Numbered from the stretch's first letter, positions 36,651 to 46,415 are shown. The stretch is DNA of 64,000 bases from a bacterium (GCA_021811585.1 JAJZOG010000014.1:2577-66576); one strand, 5' to 3'. Notes: a model not told the origin generated them from the sequence alone. Made by a program: numbers and translations.

Positions 36651-38054
36651 TTAATTGGAATTCATGGCCGCAATTTCGGAATCATACTGGTGTTTTATAT
36701 TCATGACATTGTCGCCGTAAAAGGCGTAGCGCAGGTCAACGTGGCCCGCGAAATAATCCATTGCCGCCGCCCATTCGGAATTTTCATTTCCGGCAACAGC
36801 CCCGTCTGATTTCAATAACAGCGCCGCGGCCACGAAGGAATCCTTCAGGTCCCAGGGATTGGCGGGGTTATCCCCTGTTATCGCGCTTACATCAGCGCGG
36901 TGCGCCATCCATGTCGAAGGGATAAACTGCGCCGGTCCCATTGCTCCGCCCCAGCCGATTTGCCTGCCCCAGCGGTACATTGGGCATGAAACCGGAGTTG
37001 TGTTTGTGTCCATCCCGAGTTCCTGCGTAATTTGCACAAAAGGTTTTTGGTCGCGATACGGATTCATGATAACTTTCCAGCTTTTTGAAGGCGGGTCGCC
37101 CGCGCGGTTGCATGTTCCAACATTTCGGCCGAGGTTTGATTCCTGAGTCAAAATGGCGAGCAAAAAGGACGGCTCGATTCCCGTCAGGCCCGAGACCTGT
37201 TTTGCCATATCAACGGCTTGCCCGAAAGTTAATTGCTGGCTTGTCCCGGTTAACTGGTAAATTTGGTTGCGTATTTGCGCTGCTTGCGCCTGCGTGTTTG
37301 AGATCATCGCCTCGTAATTTGCTTCCCTGCCTTTGGTTTTGCCCAGGATATAATTTTGCTGTGAAATATTATCCGAGAGGGAAGAATTTTGCAGTGCTTC
37401 TATTGCCAGAAGATTATTTTGGTCGTTTTGCTGTTGTTGAAGTTCGGATTGTTGCGTTACCAAGTTTTGTTTCAGCGAATTAGTTTGCGTCACAAGGCCG
37501 TCCAGCTCGGAGCTAAGCTGGTTTAAATTATCCTGGTCATTCAAATATCCAGCAAGGCCTCCGCTGGACAAAAGAGATTCGACAATTGGCTTGGAATCCT
37601 TTTCATAAATGGTTGCCAGTATGCCGGACATATCTGTTTGCAGGCGCAAAATTTTATTGTCATCCGTCTGTATTTGCGCGCTGACCACGGACATTTGGCT
37701 TTGCAAATCATCCAGTAATATCGTTGTACTTTGAATTTGAAGCTGGAGTTTGTCGCGCTGGTAGTTAAGTTCCTCAACCTTTGCATTTAAAGTTTGTTTT
37801 TGCGCTTCTGTTTGCGCCAGCTGCTGGTTATACCCGGAGATTTGGTTTTCCAATTGCTGAAGTTGTTGTTCCAGAGCCGCTTTTTGCTGTTCAATGGATG
37901 TCTGTCCGGAGGTATTGGAGGATACATCAGCCCAAACCCGATGCATGTTGGCGGGATAAATAGCAGCTAAAATTATTACGCCAAGCGCTAAAATTTTGAC
38001 TGATTTTTTCATTTTTCTGTTGGCGTCCGCTGTATTATTTAAGGAGAGAATCAA
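36651..38054 (-). CDS. Coiled-coil lytic transglycosylase-like protein (SLT/MltB-type C-terminal domain)
   Basis: Signal peptide, Q-rich coiled coil, then ILTQESNLGRNVG...GAMGPAQFIPSTW matching the lytic transglycosylase catalytic E-S and GxMQFxP blocks. Confidence 0.7.
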   Translation of the reverse strand: MILSLNNTADANRKMKKSVKILALGVIILAAIYPANMHRVWADVSSNTSGQTSIEQQKAALEQQLQQLENQISGYNQQLAQTEAQKQTLNAKVEELNYQRDKLQLQIQSTTILLDDLQSQMSVVSAQIQTDDNKILRLQTDMSGILATIYEKDSKPIVESLLSSGGLAGYLNDQDNLNQLSSELDGLVTQTNSLKQNLVTQQSELQQQQNDQNNLLAIEALQNSSLSDNISQQNYILGKTKGREANYEAMISNTQAQAAQIRNQIYQLTGTSQQLTFGQAVDMAKQVSGLTGIEPSFLLAILTQESNLGRNVGTCNRAGDPPSKSWKVIMNPYRDQKPFVQITQELGMDTNTTPVSCPMYRWGRQIGWGGAMGPAQFIPSTWMAHRADVSAITGDNPANPWDLKDSFVAAALLLKSDGAVAGNENSEWAAAMDYFAGHVDLRYAFYGDNVMNIKHQYDSEIAAMNSN

Positions 38055-38697
38055 TTTGGGATTTTAAATTTTGGTATGAAATTACTCCCGGCTCTTTTTT
38101 GCCGTTCAAGAAAAAGGTCGGTGTTTCGTCAACTCCAAGGCCGAGCCCGTCATCTTCGTCTTTTTCAAGCACTGATTGGTATTTTTCGCTCTCCACATCC
38201 GACTTAAATTTATTAACGTCCAGCCCGAGAGTTTGTGCATATCCGGTGAAATCCGGCAAAGGGTCGGATGCTTCTGCCCAAGTGTTTTGAGTTTGGTAAA
38301 GCATGTCGTGCATTTGCCAAAATTTGCCCTGGGCCGCCGCGGCTTCTGCCGCCTCCGCGGATTCCAAAGCATTCGGATGGATGGTATAAAGCGGGAAATT
38401 CCTGAAAACAAAATTAAAATTTGGATTGTTTTTGTAATCGTTTAAAATTTGTTTTAATATCGGGTATGCCTCGCCGCATGCCGGGCATTGGTAATCCCCG
38501 AATTCAACAAGCTGGACTTTGGCGCTCGGGCTTCCTGTCATGTGGGCGTCTTTGGGAATAAGCACAGGGTTTGCCGCCGGGGTTGGCTTAAACGACGAGG
38601 AGGTTTGCTGCACCGAATGGTCGTTTGCCGCCAAAAATATTCCGGCACCCACTATTGCTGCCGCGATAATTATCATTATAAGGACTTCTTTTTTCAT
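38035..38697 (-). CDS. DsbA/BdbD-like thiol:disulfide oxidoreductase (membrane-anchored thioredoxin fold)
   Basis: The active site sits in EFGDYQCPACGEAY (CPAC). N-terminal TM. Confidence 0.8.
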   Translation of the reverse strand: MKKEVLIMIIIAAAIVGAGIFLAANDHSVQQTSSSFKPTPAANPVLIPKDAHMTGSPSAKVQLVEFGDYQCPACGEAYPILKQILNDYKNNPNFNFVFRNFPLYTIHPNALESAEAAEAAAAQGKFWQMHDMLYQTQNTWAEASDPLPDFTGYAQTLGLDVNKFKSDVESEKYQSVLEKDEDDGLGLGVDETPTFFLNGKKEPGVISYQNLKSQIDSLLK

Positions 38698-39125
38698 AAG
38701 TTGTTGCCTTCGCGCGCGGTATTTTTATACCAGAGCATTAATATTGTAATTGAAATGAAAGCCAGTAGCGAAAGAAAAGGAATATTTATGAAGCCAAAAA
38801 AATTAAAATATTTGGCCGTGCAAGAAACGCCGAAAGTGCAAGGGGCAAGCTTTTCGGGAATAACGTTTATGTTTAAGAGGAAATGGTAAAGCGCCACCAG
38901 CGCGCCAATAACGGACAACGGCAAGACATATACCCAGACAGCCGTGTCTTTTTTGAGGATGCCGACAGCCAGGATAGCTACAAGCGGGTACATCAAAATT
39001 CTTTGGTACCAGCACAAAATGCAGGGTGCAAACCCTAGGACATTGCTGAAGAATAAACTTCCCAGCATGGCAACAAGGGCTATTGACCAGGCAATATAGA
39101 GAATTGTTTGCTTGGGAATTTTCAT
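38694..39125 (-). CDS. DsbB/BdbC-like disulfide bond formation protein B
   Basis: Four TMs; FAPCILCWYQRILMYP matches the BdbC CxxC motif. 4-nt overlap with dsbA-like. Confidence 0.75.
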   Translation of the reverse strand: MKIPKQTILYIAWSIALVAMLGSLFFSNVLGFAPCILCWYQRILMYPLVAILAVGILKKDTAVWVYVLPLSVIGALVALYHFLLNINVIPEKLAPCTFGVSCTAKYFNFFGFINIPFLSLLAFISITILMLWYKNTAREGNNL

Positions 39126-39160
39126 TGATTAAAGTCCGATAAGTGCTTGGTCAGAAAAAA

Positions 39161-39709
39161 TCAGGAGTTGAAAGCATTGCCCGGCTTCCATGGCGTGCCC
39201 AGGTACGGCAAAACATACTTATCAAGCCCATACCATCCGGCTATCCTCCAGGCGAGAATCAAAAATAATTGCAGAACCAAGAGCAATGGATTTGTGCTCA
39301 CTGTCCCGGCAAAAAGATAATTTAAATTCATGAATGCGCCGAAGAACGCGGCAATCCCGGCGAAAAGCCCCACTATTAAAGCAATGCCAACCAGGAGTTC
39401 GCCGTACGTTATCACGTAGGAGAACGCCGCTGCGTGGGGAATTACAAAATGCGAGAGGAATGCGCCGTACCATCCCGCGACATCGGCGTGCGCACCGGCT
39501 GTTTTTGACAATGCCCCGGAGGCAAAACCTTTTATTGCCAGGCCGGCTTGTGAGCCAACCCAAACAGGGCTTTTTAATTTTTCCCAGGCAGCGCTAAGCC
39601 ACTGCCAGCCCACATATATCCTGATAATCAGCCAAAGCCATGCAATTTTTGTATCCGCGAAAAGAAAGCGGCTTAGCTTTGGCTCGGGTATTTGTATTTC
39701 CTGCGACAT
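39161..39709 (-). CDS. DoxX-family membrane protein
   Basis: IRIYVGWQWLSAAWEKL and a four-TM topology typical of DoxX/TQO small subunit. Confidence 0.6.
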   Translation of the reverse strand: MSQEIQIPEPKLSRFLFADTKIAWLWLIIRIYVGWQWLSAAWEKLKSPVWVGSQAGLAIKGFASGALSKTAGAHADVAGWYGAFLSHFVIPHAAAFSYVITYGELLVGIALIVGLFAGIAAFFGAFMNLNYLFAGTVSTNPLLLVLQLFLILAWRIAGWYGLDKYVLPYLGTPWKPGNAFNS

Positions 39710-39806
39710 ATTTTTGTTTTAATGATTTATTAATTTTTAGTGCTTTGTCATTTTGGAACGAAAATATTATAACATGCCCGCAATTTTAATGCGATGTTCA
39801 AAATTT

Positions 39807-40433
39807 TTACGCAATGTTTAAAAGCTGTACCGGCTCGTCAATGATAAAATCCGGCTTGTTTTGCATTAGCGCGCCGCGAGAATTCAGCCCCCAAGTGACG
39901 CAGGCAATGGCCATATTTTCTTTTCTGGCAGCTTCTATGTCGCGAATTTCATCCGCAACAAAGAGTGTTTGCGCGGCATCAAGGCCGTTTTCTTTTAATA
40001 ATTTGTGTAATGTTTTTGATTTTCCGAAGACGCCGCTGCCGCAGAATATGCCGTCAAAAAAACGTCCCAGGTTTTTTTGTGAGATAAATGTTTCGACGTT
40101 CTCTTTTGAATTTGAACTCGCTAAAAAAATTTTTAAACCCTTATTTTTCAATTCGCTTAAGGTTTCCGGAATTCCCGGGAAAATTTTTAAATCCATCAGT
40201 TGCTTACGCAAGCCGTTCCTGATTTCCAAAGCCACTTTGGGGATTTGGTAAAATTTTACGCCCAATTTTTTGATTGCGCTTCTTGGCGCCATGCTTCTCA
40301 GCGCGAGCTGATTTTCGCGCGTAATCATGTTAAACCCTTTTTTTTCGGCAATGCCGTTATAGATATGCGCGCCGGCTTCTATGGTATTTGCAAGCGTACC
40401 GTCAAAATCAAAAATGACAGCAAGGTATTTCAT
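39807..40433 (-). CDS. HAD-IA family hydrolase (phosphatase)
   Basis: Motif I VIFDFDGTLANT; motif III/IV ...LFVADEIRDIEAA. Confidence 0.75.
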   Translation of the reverse strand: MKYLAVIFDFDGTLANTIEAGAHIYNGIAEKKGFNMITRENQLALRSMAPRSAIKKLGVKFYQIPKVALEIRNGLRKQLMDLKIFPGIPETLSELKNKGLKIFLASSNSKENVETFISQKNLGRFFDGIFCGSGVFGKSKTLHKLLKENGLDAAQTLFVADEIRDIEAARKENMAIACVTWGLNSRGALMQNKPDFIIDEPVQLLNIA

Positions 40434-41194
40434 CTTTTTTTCTCCGCAACAGCCCGGCGCACGTCAATAAAATCTTTTGTGAACGGCTTGTTCAGTAAAA
40501 GCATGCTTAAATAATTTAAAGCATAACGCATTGCCATCGTGAGCCTGCCTTCCTGCTGTATCCGGCGGGCAGAGGCGTAAATGGGCATTTTTAAAGTGAA
40601 GCGCACGTCGCCCACTTTAGAAAGGCGCCTGGCTAAATCAGTGTCTTCGCCGTAAAAAGCAATATCCCGGTTAAACCCGCCTATTTTTTCGAGCGCGCTG
40701 CGCCGCACCACGCAATTTCCGCCTTGCAGAAGGGATCCGAATTTGAAAAATCTGCTGAGATGATACGAAAGCATCCCCATTTTGTAAAAAAACTTTATGC
40801 CCAAATTCGTTATCCGGCCGAGTTCGTAAAAAATTTGGGGTCCCGAAAGCCCTGCCAGATTTTTGTTCCTGAATTCCTTGAGCACAAATTCTATCCAGTT
40901 TTCGGTTAGAATGGTGTCCGCATCAATATTGGCAATCAGTTCTCCGTTGGAATTTTCAAATCCTGCTTGCCTGGCAAAGGTCAAACTTTTTCGGTTTTCG
41001 CGCACAACTTTAACGCCCTTGAAATTTTGTGCCACTTGCGCAGTGCCATCTGTGCTGGCATTGTCAACGACTATAATTTCAAAATCCTTGCCTTGCTTTA
41101 GTCCCGCTTTTGCGGCCATTTTAAATACCGAAGCCAGGCATTTTGGCAGATAAAGTTTTTCGTTATAGGCAGGTATTATGAAGCTTATTTTCAT
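40430..41194 (-). CDS. Family 2 glycosyltransferase
   Basis: IIPAYNE, VVDNASTDGT, DAD (NIDADT) motifs. Confidence 0.8.
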   Translation of the reverse strand: MKISFIIPAYNEKLYLPKCLASVFKMAAKAGLKQGKDFEIIVVDNASTDGTAQVAQNFKGVKVVRENRKSLTFARQAGFENSNGELIANIDADTILTENWIEFVLKEFRNKNLAGLSGPQIFYELGRITNLGIKFFYKMGMLSYHLSRFFKFGSLLQGGNCVVRRSALEKIGGFNRDIAFYGEDTDLARRLSKVGDVRFTLKMPIYASARRIQQEGRLTMAMRYALNYLSMLLLNKPFTKDFIDVRRAVAEKKR

Positions 41195-41672
41195 GCAGCG
41201 GTGTTTTCAGTTAATGTCTTGACTAAATATTTTGATATTTTTGCGGAGTCATCCGCGAAAACGAAGCTTGCGGCAACTTTTTCTCCTTGGAGCACCTTTG
41301 GCAGCCAAAATTTATCATCCGGCCACATTTCCGCGAAAGGCAGTTTTGTTTTTTCAAACCATTGCGGCCTCATTTCTTCGCTCTCAGCCGGCTCCCCTGC
41401 CCAGGCGTTTACTAAAAAAACATGGACACGTTGCCCCACGCAGGGTTGGATTCGTTGCTGAGGTCCAAGTATCCCATATCGCGCAGGTCCCTGCCATTGA
41501 CATTCACGCCAATCTCTTCGAAAATTTCGCGCACCGCCGCATCTTCGACACTTTCTCCTTCCTGGACTTTTCCTCCGCAACCGTTCCACCGTCCTGCCCC
41601 AAACCCTCTTTTTTTCATTGCCAGTAAAATTTTATCCTTTTGCACAAGGAAACAAAGCGTTGTTGTTTTCAT
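41191..41672 (-). CDS. NUDIX hydrolase (MutT-like), interrupted by a 1-nt frameshift in a T7/A7 homopolymer (~41413-41420)
   Basis: N-terminal frame: GGKVQEGESVEDAAVREIFEEIGV (Nudix box). C-terminal frame: VHVFLVNAWAGEP...WFEKTKLPFAEMWPDDKFWLPKVLQG. Assuming T8 instead of T7 restores a continuous ...SMFFLVNAWAGEP... Confidence 0.65.
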
Positions 41673-41683
41673 GGGCCTGTTTT

Positions 41684-42205
41684 TTATTTAACAGTTTCTT
41701 TTTGGTACGCTTTGCGCGTGGCTTCCAGTTCTTGCATTGCTCTCTCTTTTCCGGAGAAACCTTTTACTTCAACCTTTTGATTTTGCAAAATTTTATAAGT
41801 TTCGAAGAAATTTTGGATTTCCTTCAAGACATGCCCCGGCAAGTCCTCCAGGGATTGCACGTCTGCGAAGCGCGGATCTTCCGTTGGCACGGCAATAATT
41901 TTATTGTCAATTTCTCCTTTATCAACCATTTCCATAAAGCCGATCGCGCGCCCCGTGGCAACTGTGCCGGGCACAAGCGGGTTTGTGGAGAAAAGCAAAA
42001 CATCCGCGTGATCGCCGTCAAGCGCGCGGGTTTCCGGAATAAAACCGTAATTTGCGGGATAGCTGTAGGAGCTGAAAAGCACGCGGTCCAATTTTATAAC
42101 ATCCAGCTTTTCGTCATATTCATATTTGTCCTGGCTGCCTTTGGCAATTTCTATAACAACGTTAAAACAATCTGTTTCTCCAAAAGGAAGTGTTTTTATG
42201 CTCAT
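41684..42205 (-). CDS. ppa: Inorganic pyrophosphatase (family I)
   Basis: NVVIEIAKGSQDKYEYD, DGDHADVLL, GEIDNKIIAVP. Confidence 0.9.
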   Translation of the reverse strand: MSIKTLPFGETDCFNVVIEIAKGSQDKYEYDEKLDVIKLDRVLFSSYSYPANYGFIPETRALDGDHADVLLFSTNPLVPGTVATGRAIGFMEMVDKGEIDNKIIAVPTEDPRFADVQSLEDLPGHVLKEIQNFFETYKILQNQKVEVKGFSGKERAMQELEATRKAYQKETVK

Positions 42206-42232
42206 TTTATGGGCCTTTTATAAATAACCGGT

Positions 42233-42712
42233 TTAATAATTCTTAAACCCATTATACCACAAATATTCATGCCAAGTAAGCGCAACAACTATCGCGTCCA
42301 GCGCCGTTAAAAGCAGAAGCCCAAAAGAATGAGTATGCGAATATTTATACATTTGGTAAATTCCGAAGCCGGTGAAAACCGCAATGGCAGCCGGGTATGC
42401 CCAGATCCTGTTCCAATAGAGGTTGATAACCAGGAAAATTTTTATGATGCCGTGCGAAAGCAGAAAAATTCCGGCAAAAATGAGCGCGCCATGCGAGATG
42501 TGCGCCGCCTGGCCCAAAAAATAATTCGCAATTTTGTCGCGCGGATCCGTGGATAATTCGTGTTGTGTGAGGGCGCGAATGCCGGTGTTGATTGTTGAGG
42601 GCTGAATGAAAAAAGCCAATGCCCCGCCGATAATTTCCAGCAAGCCGTCCAGCCCCTTAAAAAAAATTCCTATCTCAAAAAGCAGGTGCCAATATTTTTC
42701 GGGAATTTTCAT
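42233..42712 (-). CDS. DUF2127-like integral membrane protein (hypothetical)
   Basis: Four predicted TMs; GLDGLLEIIGGALAFF pattern. Confidence 0.5.
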   Translation of the reverse strand: MKIPEKYWHLLFEIGIFFKGLDGLLEIIGGALAFFIQPSTINTGIRALTQHELSTDPRDKIANYFLGQAAHISHGALIFAGIFLLSHGIIKIFLVINLYWNRIWAYPAAIAVFTGFGIYQMYKYSHTHSFGLLLLTALDAIVVALTWHEYLWYNGFKNY

Positions 42713-42747
42713 TTGAAATCCTCGATGATGCCCAAGGTTATTTTTTA

Positions 42748-43305
42748 TTATTCGATTTTGTTAAAAGTATAAAGTTTAAGGTCATGGATCGGAATTTTAT
42801 ATCGCTCCAGGAGGATTTTTCCCGGAGAATCAAATACGTCTTTTGCGTAATCCAAACCCAGCATGGCTGCCACGTTTTTTATTTCATTTTCAGAATCGCC
42901 TTCCAGCTCCACGTATGTCGGCACTTGCGGCCAAGTATCTATATCTGCCGCAACGCCCTTAAGAATAAACGTGTGCCTTTTCTTTTCTTGGTTGCGCAAG
43001 ATACTAAAACCGACGCGTTTCATAAATTCTCTGCCCTTTTCAAAATCATCAATCTTCAGCTCCACCTCTTCCGTACCGTCAATTGTATGCTTTCGCCGGT
43101 TTTTGTAAATCAGCAATATGACATTTTTCGTTTTGCGGATTTTCATGAAATTATTGCCGGCAGGATCATTCGGCCTGCGCCCTATTATTTCCGTAAAAAT
43201 ATCTTCGCCCAAATCTTCCGCTCCAAGGTCGCGCAAGCGCTTTTTTAAATCATCTTCGTTAATTTCCAAAAACCTGGCTTCTATTTCAATAAAATTCTTT
43301 GGCAT
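42748..43305 (-). CDS. CYTH-domain protein (triphosphate tunnel metalloenzyme, class IV adenylyl cyclase/triphosphatase-like)
   Basis: N-terminal IEIEARFL (ExExK signature) and further acidic-strand pattern. Confidence 0.65.
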   Translation of the reverse strand: MPKNFIEIEARFLEINEDDLKKRLRDLGAEDLGEDIFTEIIGRRPNDPAGNNFMKIRKTKNVILLIYKNRRKHTIDGTEEVELKIDDFEKGREFMKRVGFSILRNQEKKRHTFILKGVAADIDTWPQVPTYVELEGDSENEIKNVAAMLGLDYAKDVFDSPGKILLERYKIPIHDLKLYTFNKIE

Positions 43306-43405
43306 CTATTTTTTATTACATAAAGCTTTTATAGCATAAAACAAACCGGCGCCAAGGGCAACCTTATTAAGGTTCCCTTGCGCCGGTGAAATAGAATTGC
43401 GATGG

Positions 43406-44035
43406 TTATCGTGCTGCCGCCACTTTTGTTGTTGTCGCGGCGGCTTTAGCAGTCGCGAAAGCGAGAGCATTTTGGATTCGAATTGCCCTCTCAATTCGTT
43501 CCAGTGTATGCTGCGGCGAGGTCGCGAATTGCAACAGATCCCTGGTCCGGTAATCCATTAATCCCTGTCGAACCATGTCCATCATCAAAATTTTGATGGG
43601 ATTGAAAAATCCTGCTGTATTTAGCGCACATAGTGGTTTGGGCTTTGCATGCAGCCCAAGCTGGCACCATGCGGCGAATTCGAACATCTCGTCCAAGGTG
43701 CCAAAACCACCTGGCAAAGCAATGGCCGCATCAGCGGCCTCATACATTCGCTGTTTGCGTGTGTGGATGTCATCCACAACCTCGATCGGGATTTCGGAAT
43801 TAAAATTTCTCCCGACCAATTCGACGATTTTTTTAGGAATTATCGCTTTAATTTCCCCGCCGCGTTCTTTTGCGGCGTTGGAAACAGCCCCCATCAATCC
43901 CAAAGACCCCCCTCCATATACAAGGAGGATTTTTTCTTCCGCGAGGAGATATCCCAGCTCTTTCGCGTGTTGCATAAATTCCGGGTCATGCCCGGCCTTT
44001 GAGCCGGAAAACACGACAACTGATTTTGTCAGCAT
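43406..44035 (-). CDS. LOG-family nucleotide 5'-monophosphate N-glycosidase (TIGR00730)
   Basis: VVVFSGSKAG, VYGGGSLGLMGAV, PGGFGTLDEMFE. Confidence 0.8.
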   Translation of the reverse strand: MLTKSVVVFSGSKAGHDPEFMQHAKELGYLLAEEKILLVYGGGSLGLMGAVSNAAKERGGEIKAIIPKKIVELVGRNFNSEIPIEVVDDIHTRKQRMYEAADAAIALPGGFGTLDEMFEFAAWCQLGLHAKPKPLCALNTAGFFNPIKILMMDMVRQGLMDYRTRDLLQFATSPQHTLERIERAIRIQNALAFATAKAAATTTKVAAAR

Positions 44036-44077
44036 TCTTTCCCCCTTTGTTTTGAAAGATTTATTATCTTATACTTT

Positions 44078-45196
44078 TTAGATGTTTTTGTCCACCATTT
44101 GCATATTTGCCTGCTCTGCGCCGAAGCCAAGAATTTTTTGATAAATTTTTTCATAACCGTCTGCCATTTTTTGAGCGTTAAAATTTCCGAGCGCATACCT
44201 CCGGCAATAAGCGCGGTCTATTGTGCCGAGATTGTCGAATGCCATAAGCATTTCGTCCAAATCTTGAACAACAAAACCGGTTTTTCCGTTTTGAATTATT
44301 TCCGGGGCAGAACCCCTGTTAAATGCCAAAACAGGGCAGCCGCATGCCATGGCTTCGACAAGCGTCAGTCCGAATGGTTCGCGCCAGGTGGCAGGATGCA
44401 AAAGAGCGGCTGCCTTGCTCATTAGCCGGTTGCGGGTTTGTTCATTAACTTCGCCTATCCAGCGGATTTGGCGCGAAAGCCACGGCTCCACGTATTCGTG
44501 GAAATACGGCTTGTCAATCGCATCCAGTTTGGCGGCAATAATCAGAGGCATGTCCAAAATTTGCGCCGCTTCAATGGCAATATGCACACCTTTTTCAATG
44601 GAAATCCTGCCCACGAATAAAAGATATCCGTCGTGAGTTTCCGAAAAAGGGTAGATCTCCATATTCAGCCCGTTATAAACAGTGCCTATGTAATTAAGGT
44701 TTGGGGCTGTTTGGCTTTGCGATTTAGAAATAGTAATAAGATACGGTTTGCGCAGGGTGCTGAAAATTTGCCTGGCTTCGGGCGTGAGCGGGCCGTGCAG
44801 GGTCATAACAACCGGCGTTTGCGATAAGTTTGCGGTTGCGACGCTTAGATAGGCATTGTGGTCGTGGATAATATCAAAATCCTTTTGCATTTGGTAAGCG
44901 TTGCCAATGTTCAGAAGCGTCCAGATATTGGAACCGTAAATATCTCGGACCCGGGCTTCGCGTATGCTTTTAGGGTAAATTGATTTCAGGAGCGCTGAGG
45001 TTTTAGAGTCCCCGCTTGCAAAGAGCGTAACATCGTGCCCGCGCCGCATAAGTTCTTCTGTCAAAGCGTGTACAACGCGCTCTGTACCGCCGTATCTTTT
45101 TGGCGGGACACGCTCAATTATGGGTGCTATTTGCGCGATTCTCATGCCGAAAACATATAAAAAAAAATGCTTTTCGGCAATTTGCATTTTGTTCAA
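44078..45196 (-). CDS. Family 4 (GT-B) glycosyltransferase
   Basis: N-terminal GGTERVV pattern; C-terminal EPFGLTLVEAMACGCPV (E-x7-E). Confidence 0.8.
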   Translation of the reverse strand: MNKMQIAEKHFFLYVFGMRIAQIAPIIERVPPKRYGGTERVVHALTEELMRRGHDVTLFASGDSKTSALLKSIYPKSIREARVRDIYGSNIWTLLNIGNAYQMQKDFDIIHDHNAYLSVATANLSQTPVVMTLHGPLTPEARQIFSTLRKPYLITISKSQSQTAPNLNYIGTVYNGLNMEIYPFSETHDGYLLFVGRISIEKGVHIAIEAAQILDMPLIIAAKLDAIDKPYFHEYVEPWLSRQIRWIGEVNEQTRNRLMSKAAALLHPATWREPFGLTLVEAMACGCPVLAFNRGSAPEIIQNGKTGFVVQDLDEMLMAFDNLGTIDRAYCRRYALGNFNAQKMADGYEKIYQKILGFGAEQANMQMVDKNI

Positions 45197-45226
45197 AAAC
45201 GGTTTTGCGGTGCGCGGAACGATTTT

Positions 45227-45649
45227 TTATAGTTGGGCTGAAAATTCCATCTGTAATTTTCCGAGCGCCTCTTTGGCGAATTTATCCATGTCCGGCATAG
45301 CCAAAAGCTCGTCCATTGAAAACCATTTGAAATTTTTATGCTCTTCGTCGATTTGCGGGTCCCCTTCTGTTTGGCCAAGATATGTAAGGCGCACCACGTG
45401 CTTATCCGGTTTCATAATATCTTGCGCGCAAATTAACCTCGGCTCGCTTTTTAATACTAGCTTTGTCTCTTCGAAAATTTCTCGTTCCAGGTTTGCCATC
45501 AGCGGCGTTTCGGGATTAATTCTTCCGCCGACAATGTCCCATTTTTCGGTTTTTGAAATCTCTGGGTATTTTTCCAAATTTCTTTCCAAAAGCAAAAATT
45601 TGCCCTCGTGATTTTTCAGAAAAATTTTAACCCCGACCTGCAGCAGCAT
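45227..45649 (-). CDS. NUDIX hydrolase
   Basis: Nudix box GGRINPETPLMANLEREIFEETKL. Confidence 0.75.
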   Translation of the reverse strand: MLLQVGVKIFLKNHEGKFLLLERNLEKYPEISKTEKWDIVGGRINPETPLMANLEREIFEETKLVLKSEPRLICAQDIMKPDKHVVRLTYLGQTEGDPQIDEEHKNFKWFSMDELLAMPDMDKFAKEALGKLQMEFSAQL

Positions 45650-46030
45650 TTAATTTCCTTCCAATCTTTTTTCCGCCATTTTTATATATTGCCTGGGATC
45701 GCCGGAATACTTTTGCAGCAAATCCGGGAAAGCGCCAAGCGCCAAAGTTTGTTCTTTTTCGCGGAAATCCGGATATTTATCCAAAAGTGTATAATATTTT
45801 GACAAGGCATTGACATACTCATTAACGAGATTATACCTTTCCTCGGTGCGAGGCGCTCTTTCCAAAAACCCGGGGTCAATAACAGTGGCTAAATTCCTTG
45901 TGATATGGCTGATGCTTGTTTGCGACGGGGCGCGGGATAAAACCTTTTTCTTGGCTGTTTCGGCGCGGGCTATCAATTCTCGCCATTGCTCCGGCGATAT
46001 TTCCTGAATAATGGATTCCGCTGGTTTCAT
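45650..46030 (-). CDS. Hypothetical helical protein (126 aa)
   Basis: Reasonable ORF, co-directional and contiguous with its neighbours; no motif recognized. Confidence 0.4.
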   Translation of the reverse strand: MKPAESIIQEISPEQWRELIARAETAKKKVLSRAPSQTSISHITRNLATVIDPGFLERAPRTEERYNLVNEYVNALSKYYTLLDKYPDFREKEQTLALGAFPDLLQKYSGDPRQYIKMAEKRLEGN

Positions 46031-46034
46031 AAAA

Positions 46035-46403
46035 TTATTTTAATTGGTCGTACTTTGTTGCAACCCCGAATGCTTTTTCAACAGGATATTTGGCTGCGTT
46101 TTTCTTGATTTTTTCTTTGATGGCAGCGGCAACATCAATGCCCGTCGAATTGGCAAAAACCAAGCTGAACATGACGACGTCCGCCAATTCTTCCTCTATT
46201 TTTTTGCGCGATTCCGGATTATCCAGCGCGCTTTGGGATTTTTCAGGGTTCATCCAAAGGAAATTCTCCAAGAGTTCCCCCGCTTCAATGCTGATGGCTT
46301 CGGAAACATCTTTTGGCGTATGGAATTGCTTCCAGTTTCTCTCATCCCTAAATTTGAGAAGCATATTTTTAATTTCCTGGATCGTGGTTTTATCGTCGTT
46401 CAT
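46035..46403 (-). CDS. MazG-type nucleoside triphosphate pyrophosphohydrolase (all-alpha NTP-PPase)
   Basis: EAGELLENFLW and EELADVVMF metal-binding helices. Confidence 0.75.
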   Translation of the reverse strand: MNDDKTTIQEIKNMLLKFRDERNWKQFHTPKDVSEAISIEAGELLENFLWMNPEKSQSALDNPESRKKIEEELADVVMFSLVFANSTGIDVAAAIKEKIKKNAAKYPVEKAFGVATKYDQLK

Positions 46404-46415
46404 AAATTTATTTAT

